Assembly (NCBI GenBank): GCA_052327205.1
Contig: CM126225.1
Span: 6,634,001 to 6,698,000, forward strand
Length of the DNA: 64,000 nucleotides
Origin: Somniosus microcephalus
Taxonomy: Eukaryota
Direction of reading: 5' to 3'
In this document: positions 38,705-52,300 of the stretch, one piece after another
Position numbering within the stretch: the stretch's first letter is position 1
Layout: each line of letters begins with the position of its first letter
Translations under genes and position numbers: made by a program
Notes under the pieces: generated by a model
Seen by the model: the letters and a program-made list of their open reading frames with translations, nothing else
What the model was told of the DNA's origin: nothing
The model's database searches: none

Positions 38705-39245
38705 TTAAGAGGAAGGTACGGCCATCAATGGTGGGCCAAGGAGACTGGAGATATACGAGAGGCCAGAATTGAAGGGACGCAGAGTGTTTAGAAGGTTGTA
38801 GGGCTGGAGGACGTTACAGAGATAGGGAGGGGCGAGGCCATGGAGGGATTTGAACATAAGGATGAACATTTTTCATTTGAGGCGTTGCTGGACTGGGACT
38901 TGGAGAGGGGCAGAGGAGATTTACCAGAGTTATACCAGGGATGAGGGACTTCAGTTATGTGAAGACACTAGAGCAGAGAAGGTTAATGAGAGATTTAATA
39001 GAGGTGTTCAACATTATGAAGATTTATGACAGAGTGAATAATACGAAATTGTTTCAATTGGTGGTGGGTTGGTAATCAGAGAATACAGATTTAAGATAAT
39101 TGGCAAAAGAACCAGAGGGGAGATGAGGAGAATACTTTTTACACAGCGAGTTATGATGATCTGGAGTACATTGCCTGAAAGGGCGGTGGAAGCAGATTCA
39201 ATAAAAACTTTCAAAAGGGAATTGGATAAATACTAGAAAAGGAAA
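38705..39245. mobile_element. L2 fragment (-, ~38705-38900) abutting a CR1 fragment (+, ~38900-39245, resuming at 39915-40035)
   Basis: gagatagggaggggcgaggccatggagggatttg (L2, reverse); ggcaaaagaaccagaggggagatgagg..cagcgagtt (CR1). Confidence 0.75.
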
Positions 39246-39259
39246 GGAAAAGAAAAGAA

Positions 39260-39910
39260 AGAACTTCCATTCATTCAGCGCTTTTCAGGACATCCCAAAG
39301 TGCTTCACAGCCAATGAAATACTTTTGAAGTGTAGACGTTGTTGTAATGTAGGAAACGCAGCAGTAAATTTGCGCACAGCAAGCACCCACATCCAAAATA
39401 CAACACCTCGGACAGTGCAGCACGTCCTCAGTGCTGCCCCTCTGACAGTGCAGCACTCCCTCAGTACTGCCCCTCTGACAGTGCAGCACTCCCTCAGTAC
39501 TGCCCCTCCGACAGTGCAGCACTCCCTCAGTACTGCCCCTCCGACAGTGCAGCACTCCCTCAGTACTGCCCCTCCGACAGTGCAGCACTCCCTCAGTACT
39601 ACCCCTCCGACAGTGCAGCGCTCCCTCAGTACTGCCCCTCCGACAGTGCAGCACTCCCTCATTACTGCCCCTCCGACAGTGCAACGCTCCCTCAGTACTG
39701 CCCCTCCGACAGTGCAGCACTCCCTCAGTACTGCCCCTCCGACAGTGCAGCGCTCCCTCAGTACTGCCCCTCCAACAGTGCAGCGCTCCTCAGTACTGCC
39801 CCTCTGACAGTGCAGCGCTCCCTCAGTACTGCACAAGATTATCAGCCGAGATTTTGTGCTCAAGTCTCTGACGTGGAACCTGAATCTACAGTCTTCTGGC
39901 CCAGAGGTGA
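39260..39910 (-). mobile_element. Deu-SINE (SacSINE1-like) with internal tandem expansion
   Basis: SINE tail at 39260-39400 and head at 39835-39910 flank the minisatellite. Confidence 0.8.
39411..39831. repeat. 33-bp minisatellite, ~13 copies (GACAGTGCAGCACTCCCTCAGTACTGCCCCTCC)
   Basis: Near-perfect head-to-tail repeats; 11-aa periodicity in the ORF track. Confidence 0.95.
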
Positions 39911-40059
39911 AGCTTGCTGGGCTATGGGAAAAGGAGGTGGGGTAGGATTAATTTGATAGCTGTTTCAAAGAGTGGCCTCAAGCACCTGTTCGGAATGGCC
40001 TCCTTCTGTGATGTAAGGTTCTATGATGCTATGAGTGGACTACCTGAATACTTATTGAC

Positions 40060-40410
40060 ACGTTGGCTCAGTGGTAGTTCTCTCGCCTCTGAGAAAGATT
40101 GTGGGTTCAAGGACGTGAACGCATAATCTAGGTGGATATTACATTGCAGTACAAAGGGAATGTTGTCTTGTAGAGGAGACTGAGGCCCGATCTGCGAGCT
40201 CAAGTGGAGCTAAAAGATCCTATGGTACTATTTGAAGACGAACAAGGAGCCCTCTCAACATCTTGATCAAACTGGTCGTTTATCGCATTTGCTGTTTGTA
40301 TACAAAGCAACAGTGACTCCTCTTCATAGTTCATTGGTCGTGAAGCAGTTTGGGAGGTCCGGAAGTCGCTACGCATAGGCACTGCATCGATTTCAGTTCT
40401 TTCTTTCTAT
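40060..40410 (+). mobile_element. Degenerate Deu-SINE
   Basis: A-box TGGCTCAGTGG, B-box GGGTTCAAG, aaaagatcctatggtactatttgaag. Confidence 0.75.
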
Positions 40411-40949
40411 ACACCGTTTTGCACTCGGTTGCAGTTATACTCAAACCAGTGAAAAGAAAGTTAGGACGGTACCTTAAGGGGGTCTCGCCCTTTTGGTTTA
40501 GTGAATTCCTGGATCTGAGTCCTAAGTTATAGATCCACGTCGGTGCAAATCTACTTTCCATTGATGCCAAAGTGGCGCCAATCTAACCTTGAGATGTTGA
40601 TTTTCTGCATTGCATGTGTCTTATGGAACTCCATGCTTTTGAGTGAAAAACCTCTAAACTCCAGATATTAGCTACTTGTGGCTAACCCCACCCCCAATTC
40701 TGAAAGACACATTAAAATAATTGCCACATAACCATAAACATTAAAGTAGACATGTCTGCATAATTGTGAGTTTCCCTCAGCCATCTCTGGTCACTGTGTT
40801 GTTGTGTCTTACACCTGCTACTTAGTGGCAGATTGAGAGAATGTGGAATGTGGTTATGTGGAACCTTCCCTGCGAATCCATCATGAAATTCCGCTCTATT
40901 TATTATAGATGGAATTGAGCTCATGATTCTCCATTCTCAGCAGGAAATT

Positions 40950-41083
40950 CCAACAGGGGGCGCTCTAACCAAAACTGTCCGTTCCCAGCCTGCCTCTAGC
41001 AGGTGACCTGGCAGAGGCATCAGCAATATGCTGATATTTCCTTTGAAACGTTTAGCAAATTAATACAGCCCACCAGAAGGCAC
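40950..41083 (+). promoter_or_regulatory. Tandem CTCF-like motifs
   Basis: CCAACAGGGGGCGC (40950-40963) and CCACCAGAAGGCAC (41070-41083); weaker CTAGCAGGTGACC between them. Confidence 0.55.
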
Positions 41084-41451
41084 CTCACCTTTAATCATTT
41101 ATTACTGATGAAGTGCTAGAGCTGAACTACCAAAAACATGATCTAGCTGTGTCATGATAGATTTTGGCGTGAAGTTAAGAGGAAGTAAAATAATTCTAAA
41201 ATCAATTCCAAAATAAAGTGACATCTTTATTAATAATTATTGTTTTTCCTGTTCAAACTTTACCCGAAAAACGAATCAAAGACATGAGGACCACTTTCTT
41301 TTATCTCTACTAATTGTTGTTATAGAGAAAAAGTGAATTACACCAGTCCTACAACAACCCTAAAGGCACAACATAAAAGTTAAGTTATAAATTACTTATA
41401 GGAATAAGCTTTAATTATTTATTTATAAAGTTCCCGCAAAATATTTCCTCA

Positions 41452-41737
41452 TTTTTTTATTTATTCGCAGGATGTGGGCATTACTGGCAAGGTCAGCATT
41501 TATTGCCCTAATTGGCATTTCAGAGGGCAGCTAAGAGTCAACCACATTGCTGGGGTCTGCAGTCACATATAGGCCCAGACAGGGTAAGGACGGCAGATTA
41601 CCTTCCCTAAAGGATATTGGTGAACCAGATAGGTTTATTAAGACAATCGGTCGTTTCATGGTCACCATGATTGATACTAGCTTTTTTTAAATTCCAGAAC
41701 TGAATTTAAACATCCCACAGCCGTGGTGGGATTTGAG
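41452..41737 (-). mobile_element. tRNA-derived SINE, second family
   Basis: Same core and tail as 37783-38160. Confidence 0.8.
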
Positions 41738-41743
41738 CGAACA

Positions 41744-42167
41744 GTGTTAGCTGTGGCTCAGTTGGTAACACCTCTTGCTTCTGAATTAGAAGGTTGTGGG
41801 TTCAAGTCCCACTTCAGCGTATAAATCTATGCTGACACTCTAGTGGAGCGCTGCACTGTCAGGTGTCCTGTCTTTTGGAAGAGACGCTAAACAGAAGCCC
41901 GTCGGCTCTGTCAGGTGGATCTAAAAGATCCCATGGCACTATTTCGAAGAAGAGCAGGGGAGTTATCTCTGGTGTCCTGTTCAATATTTATCCCTCAATC
42001 AACATAACAAAAACGAATTATCTGGTCATTATCACATTGCTGTTTGTGGCTGCCGCGTTTCCCACATTACAACAGTGACTACACTGCAAAAGTACTTCAT
42101 TGCCTGTAAGCGCTTTGAGACCTCCAGCGGTCGTGAAAGGCACTATATAAATGCAAGTCTTTCTTTC
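41744..42167 (+). mobile_element. Near full-length Deu-SINE (SacSINE1-like)
   Basis: A-box TGGCTCAGTTGG, B-box GGTTCAAGTCC, Deu-like AAAGATCCCATGGCACTATTTCGAAGAAGAGCAGGGG, L2-type tail. Confidence 0.9.
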
Positions 42168-43234
42168 TCGTGTCTCGCGGGATCATTAGGTCCAGGCCTC
42201 TGCACTAGTCCAGTAACATAACACCGTGCTACCGTCACCCGTATTTGGCTCCAGCCTTGTAATGGCCCCCATAAGTTATGTGTGGTAGAATGCGAATGAA
42301 CAAGATTAAACTCCCAGCTCTGAGCCATTACCAGCAGCCAAAACATCGCAAGACTTTCACATTTATGCCAGAAAATTGTGCGCAACATTTCGCTAAATGG
42401 TAGAGTCTGACTTATTAGACAAACATAAAATATCACACTTTTTCAATTTGGTCGACGACGATTAAACCACAGCTAGTATTTATGACTTCCATTAATGGCA
42501 ATAATGGAATCCAGCCAGTTTATGTAGTTGAAGTAATAAATCATTATAGCTATAATATTCAGTCCTTACTGATCTTAAGCCATTTCATGCAAATACACCC
42601 TTGCCAGTGGAGGGAAGAATCCCAAAGTTATGAATTAATGAGCTTTTCCGTGGATGGCGCATTAAATGTTTAATAACATCAAACCCAATGCCACATGCTG
42701 CACACGTGTAATTAATGCATCCTGGTTTATTAGGATCATCTCGAAATATTAAAATTTCTTTTAAATACTTGGAAACCCATAAAGAAAGTCATGTTAAATG
42801 GAAGCATGAATTATTTATAAGCGGTTGATATATTTTAGCAATCGCCATTTCCAAATGAACGCCTCCTGTCGTCTAATTCCTGCAAAACGCTCCTGATATT
42901 GAAATACCTGTGCATGTTGACGGGTTCTTTTTAAAGTTGCAAACAGCAGAGTTTCTCAAAATCCAAATTAAAAGAAAACCGCAAAGACTGGGAATCTGAA
43001 ATAAAAGAGAGCAAATGTTGGAAATTCACAGCGGGGTGATTAGGTTACAGAGGTTAACATTTCTCTACCAGATGCTGTGTCCTCGCTGTGTATTTCCAGC
43101 ACGTTCTGTTGTTTATTAAAGTTTTGCAAAATTAGACTTTTTATTGCAACAAACGACTAGATGAACGAAGTTAAAAATAACTATTTAACGTGTTCGAATT
43201 GAAGGGATCGTTACTTGCTGCAAGATGCAAAGTA

Positions 43235-43545
43235 ATTGGCGGAAGGTTCGAGAACCAGAGGACACAGATTGAAGGTGATTGGCAAAAGAACCAAAGGCGA
43301 CATGAGGAAAAACGTTTTTACGCAGCGAGTGGTTAGGATCTGGAATGCACTGCCTGAAAGGGTGGTGAAGGCAGACTCAATCGTGGCTTTCATAAGGGAA
43401 TTAGATAAGTACCTGAAGGAAACAAATTGCAGGGCTCCGGGGAAAGGGCGGGGGAATGGGACTAGCTGAAGTGCTCTTGCAGAGAGCCGGCGTGAGCTCG
43501 ACGGGCTGAATGGCCTCCTGTGCTGTAACCATTCTATGATTCTAT
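43235..43545 (+). mobile_element. CR1 LINE 3' fragment
   Basis: RTRGHRLKV..FTQRVVRIWNALP; tail (ATTCTATG)n. Confidence 0.9.
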
Positions 43546-44104
43546 AATAGACTCTCATAAAGAACAGATTGCTTTAAAAATGTATTGAAATATGGTTTTA
43601 CAGGAAGGCCCAGCATGAAGAAACACGTGACCGTGCTGGACAACCCATCACTTTAATTAAAGGCTTCAATTAATTGAAAATTTATTTGAGAAAAGTTACA
43701 ATCGTAACTTGGCCTTGAAATTACGATGTGGGATGATAGGTCAATGCTGCAGAGAAAGCGCTCTTCATTCCCCATGTAACGGAGGTGTTGCTCTGTTTGA
43801 AATGTTGGTCATCGTCCAACGGAGAGAAGGATTTCAGCTGTAGGCCAGCCTGTTATCCTCCACCAGAATTACAAGGTCATTGTCTTAAAGGAGGCATTAT
43901 TCCTAGAATATTTCGCTCTTATTCTTCAACTGTTTCTTCATATTTCCCATAATTCCTATTTGCAGCTAAATTGTAAACGCCTTCTTTTTCTGTGTGTAGT
44001 GACATGTTTTTGAACGGAATTAACATTTCGCTGACAATGCAGATCAGAGAAAATCCACGTGAATTATTTACCATTATACTGCACCTAGCGACCAGAGCAA
44101 TTAT

Positions 44105-45750
44105 TCTTCCTGAGGTCCCCACCATCACAGAAGCCAGTCTTCAGCCAATTTGATTCACTCCACGTGATATCAAGAAACGGCTGAACGCACTGGACACATC
44201 ATAGGCTATAGTCCCCACAACATCCCGTCTGTCCTGCTGAAGGCTTGTGCTCCAGAACTAGCTGCGCCTCTAGCCAAGCTGTTCCAGTACAGCTATAACA
44301 CTTGCATCTATCCGACAATATGGAAAACTGCCCTGGTATGTCCTGTCCACAAATAGCAGGATAAATCAAATCCAGCCAATTACCGCCCCATCAGTCTACT
44401 CTCAATCATCAGCAGAGTGATGGAAGGTGTCATCGACAGTGCTATCAAGTGGCACTTACTCAGCAATAACTTACTCACTGATGTCCAGTTTGGGTTCCAC
44501 CAGGACCACTCGGCTCCAGACCTCATTACAGCCTTGGTCCAAACATGGACAAAAAAGCTGAATTCCAGAGGTGAGGTGAGAGTGACTGCCCTTGACATCA
44601 AGGCAGCATTTGACTGAGTGTGGCATTAAGGAGCCCTAGTAAAACTGAAGTCAATGGAAATCGGGGAGAAAACTCTCCATAGGCTGGAGTCATACCTAGC
44701 ACAAAGGAAGATAGTTGTGGTGGTTGAAGGTCAATCATCACAGCCCCAGGACATCGCTGCAGGAGTTTCTCAGGGCACAGTCCTAGGCCCAACCATCTTC
44801 CGCTGCTTCATCAATGAACTTCCCTCCAACATAAGGTCAGAAGTGGGGATGTTCGCTGATGACTGCAGTGTTCAGTGCCATTCACAACTCCTCAGATAAT
44901 GCAGCAGTCCATGCCAGCAGCAGCAAGACCTGGACGACATTCAGGCTTGGGCTGATAAGTGGCAGGTAACATTTGCACCACACAAGTGCCAGGCAATGTC
45001 TATCTCCAACAAGCGAGCGTCTAACCACCACCCCTTGACATTCAATGGCATTACCATCACCGAATCCCCCACCATCAATATCCTGGGGGTCACCATTGGC
45101 CAGAAACTTAATTGGACCAGTCACATAAATACTGTGGCAACAAGAGCAGGTCAGAGGCTGGGTATTCTGCGGCGAGTGTCTCACCTCCTGACCCCCAAAG
45201 CCTTTCCACCGTCTACAAGGCATAAGTCAGGAGTGTGATGGAATACTCTCCACTTGCCTGGATGAGTGCAGCTCCAACAACACTCAAGAAGCTCGACACC
45301 ATCCAAGACAAAGCAGCCCGCTTGATTGGCACCCCATCCACCACCTTAAACATTAAGTCCCTCCACCACCAGCGTACAGTGGCTGCAGTGTGTACCATCT
45401 ACAAGATGTACTGCTGCAACTCACCAAGGCTTCTTTGGCAGCACCTTCCAAATCCGCGACCTCTTCCACCTAGAAGGACAAGGGCAGTAGGCGCATGGGA
45501 ACACCACCACCTCCAAGTTCCCCTCCAAGTCACACGCCATCCTGCCTTAGAAGTATATCAGCCGTTCCTTCATCGTTGCTGGGTCAAAATCCTGGAACTC
45601 CTCCCTAACAGCACTATGGGAGCACCTTCACCACACGGACTGCAGCGGTTCAAGAAGGCAGCTCACCACCACCTTCTTAAGGGCAACTAGGGATGGGCAA
45701 TAAATGTTGGTCTTGCAGTGATGCCCACAAACCAATTAATAAAAAAAAGA
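44105..45750 (+). mobile_element. 5'-truncated, stop-disrupted non-LTR retrotransposon (CR1/L2/Jockey group) RT region and 3' end
   Basis: NYRPISLLS, QFGF, LDIKAAFD*VWH, GVSQGTVLGP, MFADDC, MEYSPLAW; A-rich tail. Confidence 0.92.
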
Positions 45751-45949
45751 ACGCAAGACAATCCAACCACAGGTATCGCTTTTTTCTAGACTTGGAGAGA
45801 GATGAGGTTTCATAACGCATCATTTTCTTGCGATGGGACGTGTACTAATCTGCAGAGTTTTTCTGGTGGATTCACTGAGTAAACTTACCCACTGGACCCG
45901 CCCCACCTCCTCCCCTTAACCAGGAAGAACCAAAATCATTGTTTGTTTT

Positions 45950-46280
45950 CATAAAGTAAATAAGGAGAAACTGTTTCCACATGTAGAGGGTTGGTAACCA
46001 AAGGATACAGATTTAAAATAATTGGCACAAGAACCTGAGATGAGATGAGGACTTTATTATTGTTATAATCTGGAACGCATTGCCTGAAAAGATGGTGGAA
46101 GTAATTTCAACAGTAACTTTCAAAAGGGAATTGGTTAAACACTTGAAAGGGAGAAAGTTACAGGGCTCTGGGGAAAGAGCAGGGGAGTGGGACTAATTGG
46201 AGAGCTCTTTCAAAGAGCCGGCTCTGGCACGATGGGTCGAATGGCCTCCTTCTATGCTGTATGAATCCATGATCCTATGA
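45950..46280 (+). mobile_element. CR1 LINE 3' fragment
   Basis: Same family as 43235-43545. Confidence 0.85.
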
Positions 46281-46715
46281 TTTCATCGGGCTTTTCTTGC
46301 TGTTTCTGTGAAACCATTAACCATAGCTGTCTTGAAACAGAACTCCTGGAACGTACTAACAATTATAGAATAGAACAATCTAAACATTAATATCAGCTTC
46401 AGATAACGCAGGTCTCTCTTCGAAAGAACACAGAGAAGCGTTCTAAATATTCTCGAATTGTACTCGAGTTTTCAATGTCTGATTTAGGGACGACAGTTCC
46501 TCTTTGTAACATTCAAAATTGGAACGTTTTACTTCAAGGCCACATGGAGGGAAAAGCAGAGGTCACTGGGGTGTGGAACTTGCCATGTGATGCTAAGATT
46601 GGTCAGAAACCCAATTCACCATCTATGATCTACAATACAACTAGAGGCTTGTTCTCTTCTTCTCTGTCTCTCAGGATAAAAATAGATTGATGGGTAGATG
46701 GATAGATAGATAGAT

Positions 46716-46996
46716 AACAACAATAACAACAACTTGCATTTAGAAAGCGTCTTTAACGTAGTAAAACGTCCCACGGTGCTTCGCAGGAGCGTTATCAGAC
46801 ACAATTTGACACCGAAATGCATAAGGCGATATTAGGACAGGTGTCCAAAAGCTTGGTCAAAGAGGTAAGTTTTAAGGAGTGTCTTAAAGCGGGAGGGAGA
46901 GGTAGAGAGGCGGAGAAGTTTAGGGAGTGAATTCCAGACCTTAAGGCCTAGGCAGCTGAAGGCACGGCCACCAATGATGGAGCGATGGAAATCTGG
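46716..46996 (-). mobile_element. L2 LINE 3' end
   Basis: GGRAFSCLGLKVWNSLP..FKTLLKTYLF; (CAA)n tail on + strand. Confidence 0.88.
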
Positions 46997-47277
46997 AGAC
47001 AGACAAAGAAACAGATGGGCACACACTAACACACGTAAGGGAAATAAATAAGACATAGCAAGATACAAAATACAATAATTTCAAACCAATCATGATAAGC
47101 TAATGTTTCTCACAGAGGAACCTCCAGATCAGAATATGTCGGTGTGTATGTGCAGTTATATGTTTCAATATATTAGAATGCTATCGATATATAACGTTTA
47201 CGTTAAGGTAAATCTATATTTGCGATAAAGTAACGCAGCCTCTCATATATTATGTTGTGAACTGTTGTCTTATTTCA

Positions 47278-47505
47278 GTTATCCGTGGTGTCCTGGCCAT
47301 TATTCATCCTTCAATAAACATCACTAAAACAGATGATCTGGTCATTATCGCATTGCTGTTTGTGGGAGTTTGCTGTGCGCGAATTGGCTGCCGCGTTTCC
47401 CACATTACAACAGTGACTACACTTCAAAAGTACTTCATTGACTGTAAAGCACTTTGAGACGTCCGGTGGTCGTGAAAGGCGCTATATAAATGCAAGTCTT
47501 TCTTT
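47278..47505 (+). mobile_element. Deu-SINE 3' half
   Basis: ggtgtcctggcc..cacattacaacagtgactacacttc..aaaggcgctatataaatgcaag. Confidence 0.88.
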
Positions 47506-48376
47506 CATGAAATATTTTTGACAATTAAACGTACATATCTTAGCATATTCTGTGGACATGCCCTGACCTGTTAATATGTGTCAAGTCAATGTTATAACAT
47601 AGTTGTCTACGTTAAATATGTCATATGATGTGAAAGTTAACAAGCTGTGCGAAAAATGGGGATCCTCGTTTTTATCCAAATGCTTTTGATTTTATATCCT
47701 GCAGTTAAGTTTTGCTTTATAAAAATAATTTTCATTCTTTATTATAAATGACCTAGATAAATATTGTTCTTTAAGTTGAATGTCACCTGCACATGATCTT
47801 TTTTATGCTAAAATGACACAATTGCTTCTTAGAATTAATTATACTTGCCGAATTCACTTCTATCCGGTCTTCACACTGCGCCCATTATATACCGTCTACT
47901 CTCACTCTAGTTCTGAAATGAAACCCTCAGTATGTAAATAAATTAGCCAAGGTTGGTATCACTTTTAAAAACAATTAAAAAAACTAAGTGAAACAATTGA
48001 ACAATTTGAAACGTGGTACAATAATTGCGATGTATTTCTGGATTCTAACACAGAAGCAGTAAATAATTCCACAACTTAATTCAGAAATCATGATACAAAA
48101 TTGAAAGTACGAACAACACGTTATTATTCTGAAATAAGTTAACAAAATGTAATTAAAATGGCAGCTTTGGGCATTGGGAAATAATAGGACAGATACTCTG
48201 CTCATGAAACAGTATCACCTATTTTCCGCAAGTCGAGCTCGGTGAAACAGATCAGAATGGATCTACTCAATCCTCCTTGAATGGGTTGGATTAAATTTAA
48301 TTTGTTATATTTGTTGATACGGAACGCCTACTGTACGTCATTTTGAGAAGCTGCATTTTGAATCTGTACTCATAAA

Positions 48377-49390
48377 ATTGGAAGAAAGAAAGAAAGATAG
48401 AAAGAAAGATAGAAAGATAGAAAGAAAGATAGAAAGAAAGATAGAAACGACTCCGTGGCCAGCTGAATGTATTTGGAGGAATGAGCTGCAATGGGGCGAA
48501 TATATATTTCTGACTGAACATTGGTGTGCTGTACTATCACGGTGAATTATTAATTATAAGTTATAAAGGCTGAAATTAATACAACATTTATTAATCGGAA
48601 ACTTTATAGCTGATCCTGAAAATTGCTATTTATTTGCTCAATGTATTTGTTCAGCTGATATATAGAATAGTTGAAATTGTATTTATTATATCTGGTATTT
48701 CTAACTTCTTCATTGCTGATTTTTAGCTTTTTGTTGCAAGAACTTTATTACTTTATTTTTGGACTTTGGCGAACAGCTGCGAGCTGGGCTATATTAAAAG
48801 TATAAATAATCATAGCTTTATGGTCATTATTATAAAGTATAACCCGGCATGGAAAGCAATTTAGATATAAAATTAATGTCAAAGTGAAAACCATACTGAA
48901 CATGATTCTATTACTTACACACAGAGAAATATACCACATAAATGTGCACTTACATAACAGAGGCGCACCATTGGTACATGGATGTACATAAAGGACCATA
49001 TTCACGGAAACTGAAATGTGCATAGAATAGTGATCACAATTGTTGAGCACGGATAGATTATATTCCAACATTAACATCAAATTATAAAATGATACTGCGT
49101 TTTAGTATATGTGCGCTGCTTATTAAGACATCAGATTTCACAGTCACCTGTTGGAAGTCAAGTAATAGCACCATGAACCGTGGTAAGATTGATAGCTATT
49201 TTAGAGAATAAGAAACGAAAAACTAACAATGTCACTCGGAAATAAGGACTTGAGCGTAAAGTCTGTGAGAAAAATATATTCGCCCCATTGCAACTCATTC
49301 CTCCAATTACATTCAACTGGCCACGAGGTCGTTTCTTTTCTTAAACTTTTCTTTCTTTCATTCATTCTTTCTTTCTTTCTTTCTTCCAAT
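48377..49390. repeat. Long inverted repeat: arms 48377-48517 and 49262-49390, ~745-bp spacer
   Basis: Each arm is ATTGG + (GAAA/GATA)n + a 74-bp unique core; about 8 mismatches between cores by eye. Confidence 0.9.
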
Positions 49391-52300
49391 GTAGTTCCCT
49401 TTTTATAGCTGTTCTTATTATTTACTATTTGACAGTCTCTGGTGTTTCTGCAAACTATCAATTTATATATCTTTTATCTTTTACTTCCCGAATAGATTCA
49501 CTGATCCACACATATTACGATTGAAAACAAGGCGCACTGAAATACACACAGTCCCACAGACACAGTCAGTGAACGGGTGCTCCTGTGCAGATACCGTGCA
49601 AGTGAGTCTGTGTAAGAAGGCATGGTTGTTTTATTGACAAATATATATTTAAGTTGCAAATTGCTTCATCTTGAATCTTTACCGATATTTCTACAAAAAC
49701 GGACTCGTCCTATCGGCTGATTAATCTAATTACCTTAAGTTTCAGTTATTACCCTGAACCGGCGGGGGATTGGAGGGGGTGGGGGGGGGGGGGGGGGGGG
49801 GCGGCGGGGGCCGCAGATTGCGCGCACCGTCCCCAATTCCAAATTGCCGACTGTATAGAAAGTATGCTTGATTAACTCGGAAACGACAGAAATGTCTTAT
49901 CAATTCAAAGTGGAATACTGAAAGAAATCATATCTTCTAGCTTTAGTCTACAAATGACACTGGTTACATGTTTCAGTTCTAATCGCATATACCAACACAT
50001 TTCAAACAGCTGTAAGCTTGTCGCTTAGATATTCTAGGCAAGTGCCTCGTGGGGGAGGGGCACTATCGCAAACACTGCTGTTTATTTTCCTCACGCCACA
50101 TTCAGATTTAAGACATGGGTCAACATCTATTGCTAACCAAAGGAGATCTTGCCCATCATTTCCCTTAATCCTGATAAATACGGAGCTGTATCATCAATCG
50201 ATTTGGATGCCCACAGACTGCTTATAAATTAATGTGTGATACATTTGGTCTCCGGCTCATTGATTCTGTCTTGCTGCAGCTAAATCTAAATTGAACCACT
50301 TTGTCTTATCATATTTTTTTTTACAAGACGTTGTTAGTGAAACAGACATGGCCGACATGTGTTGCTTGTGATCATTAATGTGCTGAGCAATTCATAATTG
50401 AGGGATTATTTTATGCTTGGTTTAAGATTATAAATACAAGCTGTTTTTTCTGGATAGGGGTTTATATGTGTCTGGAGTCAATAGGACGCGATTAAGTACA
50501 TTCAGTGCAATGGGAACAGGAGAGAACCAGAGACGTTAAAATTCTATATCTATTTGTAGGTAATACCTGTAACAAAATGTACCCAATACACGTCTTAGAT
50601 GCTTCCAAAATTAACTTTGATGGCATATTAGAACGGAATCCACCAAGTGATAAATAAATGGTGCAATTGGAGCATAACATCACTAGTAGAACTATTCAGG
50701 AAGAGCATCTTTTTAAAAGTAATCGGATAAGTATTTGAAAGGGAAAGATAAAAAGATACCAGGAAAGGGCATGGGGGTGAAATTATAGTGAAGGGTGCCA
50801 GTCAATGGGTAGAACATTACTGGCTGTAATTCCTAGGATTGTATGAAATCTACCACCCGTAGCACTAGCTTCTAGTGTTATGGAAATATTTCCCCAATAA
50901 GTTGATCATGAATATCCGTATGACGTTCATATAAAATATTCCAAAATTATTATGTTCTGTCAAAATTTTAGTAGTCTTTTGAACTTTGCAAAATTAGATT
51001 TAGTCGATTGATTACATTGGAAGAATTTCTTTTCATTGAAATTAATTCTTTATTTTCAAATATAAATCTTTGAATTATCCTTTGTTCCTCATGTAGCCCG
51101 GGGAATGCGAATATATAACATTTGTTGAGTATGTACTTCTTTTCAAAAGTCTTCACATCTGGAGAGTACTAAAGCAGAATAAAGTTCTTTGTAACTTAGA
51201 GTCTACTTAAATAACTTGGATAAATCTCTCTCATTTACAGACTATTTGTACATAGGGATTTGTTACATATTTGTATATGTGAGTGTATATTCGTGTATGT
51301 GAGTATATGAGCTTACCTGCATCGGTGAAAATTAGTGCACCAATACATGAGTGAGAAATAGATGCGTGTGAATAGGCGTGTTAAAGTGTGTCAATGCGCG
51401 TGTAATAATATGTTCCCTATTTCCTCCTTCTTTTCAAATTCTCTGCGTATAACGTATATACTTGACATTTCTGGAACTAAAATATCTTTTTATTTATCCT
51501 ATAACTCTTATATCCTATACATTCTTATTCTCCACACCACCTGTTATATAAGGTGGAATAGCTAAGATTGTTTCCCTATCGCTCCTAAAGCTAGCAATGA
51601 ATTTACTACCGTACACATTGTCCGGTTATCAATGTTATTTTAATCTACAGAGATCTAACAATCTCTTGGTAAGATTTTATTATTGTTATAATTGCTCTCA
51701 GATGTGTCTCTTACACAGTGCTTATATATTTGAATCTCTTTGTTGTGGTCCAGTGACATTGTCTACAACAGGATGCTCCGGGCTGTGAACAAATATTGAT
51801 TTCTGTTACCAATAACATCCGGTTGACGACACTCAAGTTATGACGTAATATCCGGTCTGTGTTAATTTAGTTTCCTATTGCGATGGCAATTTATTTCACA
51901 GATTTGTAATTTTCCTCAATATCCTGATATTTCTCTTGGCTTTTGCTTTGTGTTCTACCAATTTAAATATACAATTCGGTGCGTTTCTCAGACACTGTCT
52001 GGAATCTTGCAACAAACCTTTCACTCTTCGGCCTTACTCGCCTTAGTAAGTGACATGCATAATATTTTGTTTTCTATCATGTGTGACCAAGTTTACAACC
52101 GTCGGCATGTACTGTGCATAATCTAGAATAAAAACACATTCTAACAGAAGGTTACGTTCAACTTATTATTGATAAATTCTTTCCCTGTTTTCATAGTCTG
52201 ATTACAGAATCCCAAGGCAATATTTTGGCAAGATTTTATATGAATCAAGTTGTACTGGAGTAAGCTGTTGTTTGAAATGTAAAGAATATGGGTCCTTGTG

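Noticed and set aside
39271-39863. Repetitive ORFs / CRISPR-like periodicity
   Set aside because: Head-to-tail repeats without unique spacers, derived from a SINE; vertebrate context.
44380-45690. Cluster of ORFs as a host gene
   Set aside because: Fragments of a stop- and frameshift-disrupted LINE reverse transcriptase.
49763-49812. Long G-tract as a functional G-quadruplex (also ~3875, ~5986, ~7525)
   Set aside because: Homopolymer runs are error-prone and give no evidence of function.
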